Below are positions 1-13,081 of a DNA stretch of 64,000 nucleotides, piece after piece. The translations under genes were made by a program, and so were the position numbers. The stretch covers positions 35,402,001 through 35,466,000 of the forward strand of contig OZ024753.1 in the NCBI GenBank assembly GCA_964016885.1, read 5' to 3'. Below the pieces are notes generated by a model. That model was given only the letters and a program-made list of their open reading frames with translations, searched no databases and was not told the origin of the DNA. Source of the DNA: Eledone cirrhosa (lineage: Eukaryota). Each line of letters starts with the position of its first letter. Positions within the stretch are counted from its first letter, which is position 1.

Positions 1-321
1 CGTACACACACATACATATATATATACACACACACATATAGATATATATACACACACACATATATATATATATACACACACATATATATATATACACACA
101 CACACATATATATATACACACACACATACATATATATATACACACACACCCATATATATATATATATATACATACACACCCACATATATATATATATATA
201 TACATACACACCCACATATATATACATATATATATATATATATACACGCACACATATATATATACACACACACACACATATATATACACACACACATATA
301 TATATACACACACACACACAC

Positions 322-372
<51 letters not shown>
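1..372. repeat. Compound (CA)n/(TA)n microsatellite
   Basis: Alternating CA and TA dinucleotide runs. Confidence 0.95.
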
Positions 373-375
<3 letters not shown>

Positions 376-699
376 TGGTGGTGACTCTAATAAAATACCA
401 CTTCTATTGTCCGAAGTGACAAAACTTATATATATTCCACAATAATGTTCTCACATGCTTCTTTATATGTGAGTGTCTCCTGACACATAACAACTATATA
501 TCATCTTTGATAAAAAGAAGTTTTATTAAATTGTAATAAAATAAACTAAAACAAACGAACCACGTGCTTTTGAGACCTGAAAAGCAATATCTAATTGTCT
601 ATAATATATATATATATATATATTTAAAGAGTTAGAAACCTACGATTTGAACACATCTATGTATATATCTGTGTTTATCTCTCTTTTTTTTTATTCAAC

Positions 700-738
<39 letters not shown>

Positions 739-823
739 GAAAGGTATAGAAAACATATATATATATATATATTTTTTAATGCAAAAATAACAGTATTTTT
801 GCATTCCTGTGTTTGTTTTGTTT

Positions 824-863
<40 letters not shown>

Positions 864-959
864 TACTTTGGGAGGGTCATGCTGTCAATAAAATCAAATG
901 CATAAACGAAGTATGTGTATGTGTGTATAATGTATGTATGCGTGTGTGTGCGGGGGAGT

Positions 960-1075
960 TTGAAGGTATGTTGGTTAATGTTTAAAGTGTTCGGCTGACA
1001 CTCGTAGGGTCGTGAGTATGTGAGTTCGATTCTCGCCCGGGCGTTGTTTCCTTGAGCAAGACACTTTATTTCAAA
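960..1075 (+). mobile_element. tRNA-derived SINE 5' part (family S2, CORE-like domain)
   Basis: A-box-like TGGTTAATG, B box GAGTTCGATTC, then GTTTCCTTGAGCAAGACACTTTATTTC also seen at ~9135 and ~58750. Confidence 0.7.
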
Positions 1076-1244
1076 AAGAGAGAGAGAGAAAGAGAAGGAG
1101 CGATGGAGAGGGAGCAAGAGAGCGAAAGAGAGTTCGAGACTAAGAGGGAATGAGTAAGAGACAGAGATAGAAGAAGAACTAATTCCAGGACCGGGTTGGT
1201 TACATTATTTAACGGCGTCGAAAGGGTGAAAGGCGGGATTACAC

Positions 1245-2230
1245 ACACACCCAGTTATACTACAGGGAACATCATAGAAGACTTTCGTACTCACACATAA
1301 CGACAAACACACACACAATGGCAAATACACACACACCCAGTTATACTACAGGGGACATCATAGAAGACTTTCGTACTCACACATAACAGCAAATACACAC
1401 ACATACACACACACACAATGGCAAATACACACACACCCAGTTATACTACAGGGGACATCATAGAAGACTTTCGTACTCACACATAACAGCAAATACACAC
1501 ACATACACACACACACAATGGCAAATACACACACACACAGTTATACTACAGGGGACATCATAGAAGACTTTCGTACTCACACATAACAGCAAATACACAC
1601 ACATACACACACACACAATGGCAAATACACACACACACAGTTATACTACAGGGGACATCATAGAAGACTTTCGTACTCACACATAACGGCAAATACACAC
1701 ACACACACAATGGCAAATACACACACACACAGTTATACTACAGGGGACATCATAGAAGACTTTCGTACTCACACATAACGGCAAATACACACACACACAC
1801 AATGGCAAATACACACACACACAGTTATACTACAGGGGACATCATAGAAGACTTTCGTACTCACACATAACGGCAAACACACACACACATACACACACAC
1901 ACAATGGCAAATACACACACACACAGTTATACTACAGGGAAACATCATAGAAGACTTTCGTACTCACACATAACGGCAAATACACACACACACACACACA
2001 ATGGCAAATACACACACACACAATGGCAAATACACACACACACAGTTATACTAAAGGGAACATCATAGAAGACTTTCGTACTCACACATAACGGAAAATA
2101 CACACACACACGCACACACACACAATGGCAAATACACACACACAAAGGCAAATATACACACACACACCAAGGCAAATATACACACACACACCAAGGCAAA
2201 TATACACACACACACAAAGGCAAATATACA
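1245..2230. repeat. Minisatellite, ~9 units of ~90-120 bp with embedded (CA)n
   Basis: Repeated CAGTTATACTACAGGGGACATCATAGAAGACTTTCGTACTCACACATAAC core with variable CA runs. Confidence 0.95.
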
Positions 2231-2428
2231 TTCACACAGCCGGCGTAGAATTTCTTACTTTAGCTACTCTTAAATCGAAATAACAGGAAATCATGTACAA
2301 CACACGCACACACACACACACACACGCATGCACACACATACACACACACACACACACGCATGCACACACATACACACACACACACATGAATATACAATCA
2401 CACACAAACACTTATGTGTATATACATG

Positions 2429-2478
<50 letters not shown>

Positions 2479-2616
2479 AGTTGAAAGGCGAGGAACGACA
2501 ACAACAATTTCGGCTGTTTTTTGTTGTTTTTATTTTTTGACATCTGACCAGAACTGGAGAAATTGACATTTGAAGGGACGTCATAGAAACTGACAGTAAA
2601 TATACTTGTATACTAT

Positions 2617-3760
2617 AGTGGTGGTGGTGGTGGTGGTAGTGATGGTGGTGGTGGTGGTGGTGGTGGTAGTGATGGCGGTGGTAGTGGTGGTGGTGGTAGT
2701 GATGGCAGTGGTAGTAGTGGTGGTGGTGGTAGTGGTGGTGGTGGTAGTAGTGGTGGTGGTGGTGGTGGTGTTGGTAGTGGTGGTGATGGTAGTGATGGCG
2801 GTGGTAGTGGGGGTGGTGGTAGTGGTGGTGGTGGTAGTGATAGTGATGGCGGTGGTAGTAGTGGTGGTGGTGGTAGTGGTGGTGGTGGTGGTAGTGATGG
2901 CGGTGGTAGTGGTGGTGGTGGTAGTGATGGCAGTGGTAGTAGTGGTGGTGGTGGTAGTGGTGGTGGTAGTGGTGGCGGTGGTAGTGATGGCGGTGGTAGT
3001 AGTGGTGGTGGTGGTGGTGGTGGTGGTGGTGATGGCAGTGGTGGTGGTGGTAGTGGTGGTGGTGGTGGTAGTGATGGCGGTGGTAGTGGTGGTGGTGGTA
3101 GTGATGGCGGTGGTAGTGGTGGTAGTGGTGGTGGTGGTGGTGGTAGTGGTGGTGGTGGTGGTAGTGATGGCGGTGGTAGTAGTGGTGGTGGTGGTAGTGG
3201 TGGAGGTAGTGGTGGTGGTGGTAGTGATGGCGGTGGTAGTAGTGGTGGTGGCGGTGGTGGTGGTAGTGATGGCGGTGGTGGTGGTAGTGGTGGTGTTTAG
3301 ATGACATGTGGTGGTGGTGGTGTTGGTGGTGGTGGTGGTGTTTAGATGGCATGTAGTGGTGGTGGTGATGGTGGTGGTGGTAGTGATGGTGGTGTTTAGA
3401 TGACATATACGGTAGTGGTGGTGGTGTGTAGATGACATGTGGTGGTGGTGTTTAGATGGCATGTAGTGGTGGTGGTGGTGGTGTTTAGATGGCATGTAGT
3501 GGTGGTGGTGGTGGTGTTTAGATGGCATGTAGTGGTGGTGGTGGTGGTGTTTAGATGGCATGTAGTGGTGGTGGTGGTGTTTAGATGGCATGTAGTGGTG
3601 GTGGTGGTGGTGTTTAGATGGCATGTAGTGGTGGTGGTGGTGGTGTTGGTGGTGTTTAGATGGCATGTAGTGGTGGTGGTGGTGTTTAGATGGCATGTAG
3701 TGGTGGTGGTGGTGGTGTTTAGATGGCATGTAGTGGTGGTGGTGGTGGTGTTTAGATGAC
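2617..3760. repeat. (GTG)n trinucleotide repeat grading into a ~30-36 bp minisatellite
   Basis: GTG/GTA runs; from ~3295 a repeated TTTAGATGGCATGTA(GTG)n unit. Confidence 0.95.
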
Positions 3761-4321
3761 ACCTTACAACACACACCAATATATCGTGACAATACACACA
3801 GATGCCATATTTATCCCTATATTATACTGTTTCACCCCATATCATACAAATCTATCGATAGAATCAAACACAAACAAACAAACAACAAAAAGACGTCTTT
3901 TAAAACATACTTCAGAATAAGGAAACGAAACGAAGTAAAAAAAATGCAGGAAATTCGATAGATTTTTCTTCATCCTTAAAAATCTGATGAAAAACTGAAT
4001 CAAGAGAAACTACAAGAAATCTAAAAATAACTTTGATGTTCTTCAAGAGAATGGTTCACCTCAAAGTTGTCTGTCCCAATCGTTGATTGGTTTACACAAG
4101 TGTTTCTTTCTCGTTCATCATCATTATCATCGTCGTCGTCTACACACCCCTCTCCTCTCCCGCCACCTCCTCCTTCTCCTCCTCGAGCTAATAGGGGTGC
4201 TAATGCACGTGCGTTCAATATAATCAACTAATATAAAATGTAAACCGCCAGAATTAAACAGAGACACATATAGATACATACATCCATTAATACATATATA
4301 CAAACATCCACAGCGAGAGAG

Positions 4322-4392
<71 letters not shown>

Positions 4393-4652
4393 GAGAGAAA
4401 GAAAGAGAGAGATAGAAAGAAAGACAGAGAGATAGAGATAGAGATAGATAGATAGAGAGAGAGAGAAAAAGAGAGAGAGAGGAGAGATGGATAGATATAT
4501 AGATAGATAGATATATATAGAGAGCGATAGAGAGATAGATAGAGAGAGACATAGAGATAGAGATATATAGAGAGATAGAGAGAGAGATAGAGAGAAATAG
4601 AGATAGAGATAGATAGAAAGATAGATAGATAGATAAATAGATAGATAGATAA

Positions 4653-4695
<43 letters not shown>

Positions 4696-4977
4696 TGTTT
4701 CTTTTATTTGCCACCAGGGCATCAAAAGTGGGACAAGTACAATGGGGGGAGTTTACAAAACAAGGCGTCCTCAATATGGAGGAGGCAATAACAATATATA
4801 AAAATAAAATAAAATATAACAAAAAATAAAATTTATAACAAAGTCCTCAATAGAGAGGAGGCGCCTTGGGGGGTCGCACACACCCCCGAAAAAAAGTGTG
4901 CAACCCTTTTCCTCAGGAGCACAGAGAAGGGGTGCTCCCTTGGTCTTTCATCTTCCTCACCTATAGTCTAATATAGA
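4696..4977 (-). mobile_element. Tx1-clade LINE, 5'-truncated 3'UTR-only copy (subfamily A)
   Basis: Closely matches 10164-10445; flanked both sides by (GATA)n. Confidence 0.9.
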
Positions 4978-4991
4978 TAGATAGATAGATA

Positions 4992-5973
4992 TATTTCTTT
5001 TATTTGCCACTAGGGCATCAAAAGTGGGACAAGTACAAAGGGGGGAGTTTACACAAAAAGGCGTCCTCAATAAGGAGGAGGCAATAACAAAATATAAAAA
5101 TAAAATAAGATATAACAAAAAATAAAATTTTTAACAAAATCCTCAATAGAGAGGAGGCGCCTTGGGGGGTCGCACACACCCCCGAAAAAAGTGTGCAACC
5201 CTTCTCCTCAGGAGCACAGAGAAGGGGTGCTCCCTTGGTCTTTCATCTTCCTCACCTATAGTCTGATGTAGAGTGAAGGCCCATTCACACGGGCCATTCT
5301 CGCCACTTTCACCCATCTTTCATAGAAACGGCTGGGGTGCAGCACCTCTCTCTCCATCCTGATCCTTCTTCCGAAATGATATCGGAAGAAACGGACCAGT
5401 TGTTGGCCAGAGAGAAAGGTGCCTGACCTCAGTCCTTTCAGACGCGTCCACCATACAACCTCTTTCGCCATGGCTATTACGCACAGAAACACCGCCTCTG
5501 CTTCATCTTTGAAGGGGGGAGGCGGCTTGATCATTACGATAGACTCGGTGGTCAACCGGATCGGTTCCACCCTTGACAGCAGTTGTTCGACATAGCCCCA
5601 CAGATCGGCTACGCCCGAGCAGTGTACCAATGCGTGTGCAACGGTTTCCTCGTCGCACACGCATCTGGGACAGATCTTTTTGGCGGGGTCCCTACCCGGG
5701 CGCCCGTGTCTGTAGAGCCTTTCTCGAACGGGTAAAGCCCCTCGGTAGCACTGCCAGGCCAGGGACTTCTGGAAGTTGTCCATAGGTCCCGGCCTGAATG
5801 TCCTACCGAACAGGCTGGCCAGTTCGTCCTCCTCCATGTCTAGGGCTTCTCCGAGGGCGTCGTCGCACCTGCTGCGTACCAGCCCTCTATAGAATGTTGC
5901 GGTGGAGTCTCCACTGATAACCGGATCCGCCTGCCAGAGGGCGGTGAGCGCCTGGGCACACTCGGTGTGCCAG
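4992..5973 (-). mobile_element. Tx1-clade LINE, 5'-truncated ~1 kb copy (subfamily A)
   Basis: Near-identical to 10164-11143; ORF 5256-5837 encodes the CCHC C-terminus (CPRCVCDEETVAHALVHC); (GATA)n on both sides. Confidence 0.95.
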
Positions 5974-6002
5974 GATAGATAGATAGACAGATAGATAGAT
6001 AG

Positions 6003-6430
6003 ATTTCTTTATTAGCCACAAGGGCGCAACAAGAAAGGGGACAATACAAAGACATGCCGGGGATTTTACATACAGTGTGTAAAAATATAAAAACAAACAA
6101 TTTCAACAATCGAAATCCCCAATAGGGGGGAGGCGCCACAAATGGGTTGTTTAATACCCCGTCGATAGAACAACCCTCAACCCGAGGAGCGTGTTGTGCA
6201 AGTGCTCCTTTCTTCCTTTTGCTCTCTTCCTCAACCTACAGGCTTATAAACAGAGAAGGCCCAATCACTCGGGCCATTTTCGCTTCATTCACCCACCTTT
6301 CAGTAAATTTACTGGGGTGCAGTGCCTCTCTCTCCACCCTGATTCTCCTTCTAAAGTGATACTTAAAGAAGGGAATCAATTGTTGTCCGGAGAGAAAGGC
6401 ATCTGTCCTCAGTCCTCTCAACCTCGTCCT
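6003..6430 (-). mobile_element. Tx1-clade LINE, 5'-truncated copy of diverged subfamily B
   Basis: ORF 6236-6421 (RGLRTDAFLSGQQLIPFFKYHFRRRIRVERE...) is homologous to the ORF2 C-terminus; different 3'UTR; (GATA)n on both sides. Confidence 0.9.
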
Positions 6431-6718
6431 AGATAGATAGATAGATAGAGAGAATATAGCTCAAAGTATTACCAGACATTAAAAAAAACGAAACGATTGC
6501 TGTTGATCTGACGTTATGCAATCAGTAATATTTATGAGGATACAGGAAACTATAATACTCATTAAATAGACAAGTCCATGGCTGCTACAATATCACGTGA
6601 TCACACATAAGAAAGCTCAGGATATACATTTCTATACACAGTCTTTCATTTTGAAATTCTTTCAGAGACCTATCGAAATTCTATTTGCGTCGCTTTATAT
6701 TATTACACACAAACACAC

Positions 6719-6794
<76 letters not shown>

Positions 6795-8179
6795 GCGGCA
6801 TGGCCTCAGTCGGATGGCTGGAACAGGTAAAATAATATATATATATAGATATATAGCAGAAGTGCTTTTTAAAGTCTGTCTCAATAATTATCGATTATAA
6901 TTAATCGCTACAGAAGCTGTAATCAATATCGATGTATGATTTTATTCGCTACATTTCCTATTTTCCGCTCTCTTTCATCCAGGTTGTACTTCTACGCCGC
7001 CATTAATATTTGTACATATTGTATATATCAACGTCTATTTATTAACTGCAATCAATATTTCTATATGGCACACATACAGAAAGAATTACATACTTATATA
7101 AATATATAAGCACACACATATGAGTGTTTATGTTTATATATATATATATATATATATATCAAATGAAGCAACGGGGTAAAGGACCCGCGTTGTTCCCTGT
7201 AATATAATGAGCTCAAGGAAAGTTTTCCGGGCTCTTCAAAATATATAGGAGAGAATAAATGAAAAGAACATGTTTTCATTACAGTGAAAGACAAAAACTG
7301 TTAATGTTTTCCTTATATTTCTAAACACTCGTTTTTAGTAACAACACAGTACCTTGTCCCTTCTAAATTACATGGTGGCTGCCAACTCGTTTTCGAGTAC
7401 GGCCACTACTTTATATCCATGTAGGAGAACCCCTACCGATGCGCTGAACGAGTGTGACTTTTTAGTCCAGCCAGCAACTTGAAAACTCTGGTACAAACAC
7501 TACACTTGTGACAATTATTGACACATAGTGCTGGGCCCATGGTACCATGTGACGACAAGTGCAGAGAGATCTCCAGATATAAAGCAATGCCTGTGCTGTG
7601 AAGCTTTTATAGTGAGCAAAGGCACTGCACAAAGCCAGTCCCACTCTCTTAACCAAGATGATATTTACCAAAAAGAACAAGTCAACATCATTGGAAACCA
7701 TCAGGGTTGCAGGTGTTATATCAGAGTTTTCCTTCTAGAATTCTGCCTTGACAAAGGCTAAGGGGTCATCTCTCCCGGTGATTTTGGATGGCCATTGACT
7801 CTTACATACATACACACACACACACACAAATACATACATACATACATACATACATACATACATACATACATACATACATACATACATACATACTACACAC
7901 ATATATATATATACAGTAATTCTTTTTCAAATACGAAAACAGATAATGGTAGGTGAAGAAGTTATAACGAGATTATTTACAATAAACAGTACATAACGGT
8001 ACTTTTAAAAATTAAAAAAAAAAAAGCCTGTCTTCCTTAATATGAAAGTTCATGTATACACGTAGAGCAAAAAAAGGACATTGAAAATAAAACCAAACGC
8101 TGTTAATTATATCATATCATATTTTAATTGGCATATGATTTATCCATCTTATTGACTATATATGAACTATACACGTGTA

Positions 8180-8460
<281 letters not shown>

Positions 8461-8684
8461 GTAGAATAATCGAGTATCGAAAAATCGGCGCACGAGTTCA
8501 CGATAAACAAAATTCGATATGAGCGGCAGAGGGCTCAATAATTTAGATAAATCAGAGCTATAACTATCGTTAAAATACCGTCACACATAGAACAAGTCTA
8601 TAATCAACCATACGACCGAAAAATTGCGATCTGGAAGATTCGGGACACTCAGATAAAAAATCAATAAATCAATAAATCAAATGA

Positions 8685-8726
<42 letters not shown>

Positions 8727-8730
<4 letters not shown>

Positions 8731-9090
8731 CACATAAGAAACGGAGAATCAGTGTTGCGACGAACAAAATTTATTAGACATATTACAATCGTTTCTTTGG
8801 CGACCAGCTCGAGGCACGATCGATGTAATGATCGAACCTGACTCTGGAAACTCTGCTTCGTAGAATCGAGACGTATCCGAGGACCTTGCGATTTCAGATT
8901 CAGGTTCGATCATTACATCAATCGTGTCTCGAGCTGGTCGCCAGAGAAACGATTGTGATATGTCTAATAAATTTTATTCGTCGCAACACTGATTCTCCGT
9001 TTCTTATGTGATATCATACTCTGCTCTGTAAGAGCATCGAGTGCTCAAATGGCCTACCGCTTACGGACACTTTAAGCATCCCACACCAAT
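8727..9090. mobile_element. Penelope-like fold-back element (family P3)
   Basis: Inverted arms 8727-8850 / 8892-9014; between (TA)n tracts; related copy at 28243-28355. Confidence 0.65.
8869..8965 (+). ncRNA. Type I hammerhead ribozyme motif (degenerate copy)
   Basis: Stem I AGACGTAT/ATATGTCT; core CCGAGGA (CTGAGGA in the ~28319 copy); stem II CTTGCGA/TCGCCAG; GAAAC; near-palindromic stem III ACGATTGT. Confidence 0.6.
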
Positions 9091-9125
<35 letters not shown>

Positions 9126-9129
9126 ATGT

Positions 9130-9430
9130 GTGTTGTTTCCTTGAGCAAGACACTTTATTTCACATTGCTCCAGTTCACTCAGCTGTAGAAATGAGATGAT
9201 AGGGACTGGGGTCCCTATCATTCCACTGCAAAGTGGTCGTGGAGGTGCCACGGCAAAAAGCACCCAGCCCACACTGTAAAAGTGGACGTGTAGGCGGCAC
9301 GGAAAAAAAGAACCCAGCACTCACTGTAAATGAGGTTGGTATTAGGAAGGGCATCCAGCTGTAGAAATCAAGCCAGAATCAGTTCCCGTCCCACCCTTGC
9401 AAGCAGGGAAAAGCGGACGTAAAATGAAAT
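9130..9430 (+). mobile_element. SINE family S2 body and RTE-like tail
   Basis: CORE-like CCTTGAGCAAGACACTT; body near-identical to 63645-63800; tail GCGGACGTAAAATGA resembles the RTE 3' end at ~56480. Confidence 0.75.
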
Positions 9431-9568
<138 letters not shown>

Positions 9569-10022
9569 AGTTTCGACAATTTGCCATTCCTTGACTTTTT
9601 TCTCATACATGGATGGCACAAACGACTTTTTAGCCCACCCAAGGACTTCGATTCGAAATGTGTATTGTATTATATGGGCTTATGGAATATAAAGACATCA
9701 TCATCATCATCAACATAATCGCCATCATCATCATCATCATCATCATCGTCATAACTACCATCAACATAGTAGCCATCAACATCATCATCATCGCCATCAT
9801 AACTACCATCAACATCATCATCATCGTCATAACCACCATCAACATAATCGCCATCAACATCATCATCATTATCGTCATCAAGATCATCATCATCATCATC
9901 ATCAACACAAAACAGTGACATAGAACAGGTAGGTACACAGGTGTCAATAACATACGATTGCTTTGTTATTCATCAGTCTCACAGGAAATTTATTTGTAAA
10001 AGTGACATAGTGCAGATTAGTG

Positions 10023-10088
<66 letters not shown>

Positions 10089-10163
10089 ATGTAGCTGTGT
10101 GTGAGGGTGTGTGATTGTTTATAGATTAGATAGATAGATAGATAAGATATGTAGAGATAGATA

Positions 10164-13081
10164 TGTTTCTTTTATTTGCCACTAGGGCATCAAAAGTGGG
10201 ACAAGTACAAAGGGGGGAGTTTACACAAAAAGGCGTGCTCAATAAGGAGGAGGCAATAACAAAATATAAAAATAAAATAAGATATAACAAAAAATAAAAT
10301 TTATAACAAAATCCTCAATAGAGAGGAGGCGCCTTGGGGGGTCGCACACACCCCCGAAAAAAGTGTGCAACCCTTCTCCTCAGGAGCACAGAGAAGGGGT
10401 GCTCCCTTGGTCTTTCATCTTCCTCACCTATAGTCTGATGTAGAGTGAAGGCCCATTCACACGGGCCATTCTCGCCACTTTCACCCATCTTTCATAGAAA
10501 CGGCTGGGGTGCAGCACCTCTCTCTCCATCCTGATCCTTCTTCCGAAATGATAACGGAAGAAACGGACCAGTTGTTGGCCAGAGAGAAAGGTGCCTGACC
10601 TCAGTCCTTTCAGACGCGTCCACCATACAACCTCTTTCGCCATGGCTATTACGCACAGAAACACCGCCTCTGCTTCATCTTTGAAGGGGGGAGGCGGCTT
10701 GATCATTACAATAGACTCGGTGGTCAACCGGATCGGTCCCACCCTTGACAGCAGTTGTTCGACATAGCCCCACAGATCGGCTACGCCCGAGCAGTGTACC
10801 AATGCGTGTGCAACGGTTTCCTCGTCGCACACGCATCTGGGACAGATCTTTTTGGCGGGGTCCCTACCCGGGCGCCCGTGTCTGTAGAGCCTTTCTCGAA
10901 CGGGTAAAGCCCCTCGGTAGCACTGCCAGGCCAGGGACTTCTGGAAGTTGTCCATAGGTCCCGGGCTGAATGTCCTACCGAACAGGCTGGCCAGTTCGTC
11001 CTCCTCCATGTCTAGGGCTTCTCCGAGGGCGTCGTCGCACCTGCTGCGTACCAGCCCTCTATAGAATGTTGCGGTGGAGTCTCCACTGATAACCGGATCC
11101 GCCTGCCAGAGGGCGGTGAGCGCCTGGGCACACTCAGTGTGCCAAGCGCCCAGTTTTCTCGGTCTTTGCTTGACCCAGGATTGCAGCTCGGTGAGTGAGA
11201 CGAGTCTGGGAAAGGTTCGTCTCACAAACGAGGCCCACACCGGTTGTCCGGTGAGGAATACGTAGAGGTGCCGTAGCCTTAATGCGTGTTTACGCATCAT
11301 TAGCCACGGCATCCCCAGCCCTCCTTTCGAAGGGTGTTGACAGCAGATGGATCTCCTCACCATAGGAGCCCGCCTCTTCCAAAGGAATTGGAAGAGCGCG
11401 CGCTCCATCTTGGTGAGGGTTTCCCTTGGGCAGGGCACTACGGTCAGGCGGTAGTAGATGACGGACGCTATGTAGGTGTTCGCCACCTCCGCCCGACCTT
11501 TCAGGGATAGTTTGCAACTGGCCCACTTCTGGGTCAGTGCAAACACCCTGTTCGTAACCTCCGCCCAGTTTTTCTCCACCTGGAGGTCCGGTCCGAACCA
11601 GACCCCGAGCAACTTCACCGGGCCCTCCGTCCAGCGTCCGACGACGCCATCGGAGGGCATCGGTCTGCCCCTCCACGTGCCGAGTTGCAAACCGATCGAC
11701 TTGTCCCGGTTCAGCTTAGCCCCTGTGAACTTTTCGTACTCCTCCAGTAAGGTGCCGACCGCCTCGATTTCGGAGGCCGTCGACACCATTACTGTCACGT
11801 CATCGGCGTAGGCCGACACCGCTTTCCGCAATCCCGGTTCCAAAGGAATGCCCTGCAACAACTCCAACTTCCGCAGTAGTGGCTCGAGAGTCAACACATA
11901 CAGAAGGGAGGAGAGAGGGCACCCTTGTCGGATGGACCGCGCGATTTTGAACGGCTCTGAGAGGTAGCCGTTCACCTTGACCCTAGAGCAGATGCGGCTG
12001 CTGTGCATAGCAGTGATCCAGCCCCTGAAAACGGGTCCGAAGCCTGCCGCCGCTAGCACCGCATCCAGGTAACCATGGTCGACCCTATCGAACGCCTTAG
12101 ATTGATCCAAGTTGATCAGAGCCCCACCAAAGCCGGGTTCGTTCCCAACCCTCTCTATGATGTATCGCATGAGGTGGAGGTTGTCATGGATGGACCTGGA
12201 CGGGATAGCGCATGTCTGCGCATCTCCCACCAGGTTGCCCACGACAAGCGCCAACCTCTTTGCTAGCACCTTGGCCAAAATCTGTAACTCTGTATTTAGC
12301 AGAGTTATGGGCCTGAAGTTACTTATTTCGTCCCCCTTGTTCTCGTCCTTCCTCACTAGCGTGACTACGCCCTTGGTCACAGTACAGGGAATTCTCCCGT
12401 TCTGTTGCCAGTTGCAGTAGACCGCTTCGAGGAGATCGGGGAACAAGTCCGGCATAGCTAGATATAATTCGTAAGGAAGACCATCGAGACCCGGGGATTT
12501 GCGTTTGCCGCATTGGCTCAGCACGTCCTCTATCTCAGCGGCCGAAATCGGCTCCTCGCAGGACTTCGCCTCCCTGTCCGAGAGGCGCGGCAGGCCGTCG
12601 AGGTATGGACCGAAGTCCACGTTCCCAACCGGCTCCCCGCCCCTCCCGAACAGTCGGGCAAAGTGCCTTTGAAAGGCCTCACACATCTGCTTAGGCTCAA
12701 GAATCGCCCGTCCATCCAGGTCTCGCAAAGACCGGATGGTGGATTTAGTTCCACTGTTGGCCTCTGTCACGCGGGCCCAGCTAACAGCTTTGGTCCCCTC
12801 GTTCCCTAGAGCACGTATTTTACTTCGGACAACGCAGCCTTCGTGCTTCGCGTCAAAAAACTGGCTCAAAGCCGTTCTCGACGCTAGCACTCTGGCCACG
12901 TCGCCGCTTCTAATTGCCTCTTCTACTCTATCTATTAGCTCCCTTTCCTTCCTATTCCTATCCGCAGCTAGAACCTTACTAAATTCTATCGAGACTACTC
13001 TAATCTCTCTCTTTAGAGATACCCACCACCTGCTGTTGACGATCGCTCCAGTCAACCGTTCCTTAACTAACGTACTAATCC
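10164..13081 (-). mobile_element. Tx1-clade (L1 superfamily) non-LTR retrotransposon, 5'-truncated, 2.9 kb, 18-bp TSD
   Basis: TSD GATATGTAGAGATAGATA at 10146-10163 and 13082-13099; 3' end AATAAAAGAAACA joined directly to TATC repeats; RT ORF inside. Confidence 0.95.

Noticed and set aside
2291-3797. His-rich, Thr-rich and Val-rich ORFs
   Set aside because: Products of a (GTG)n repeat; no splice or domain evidence
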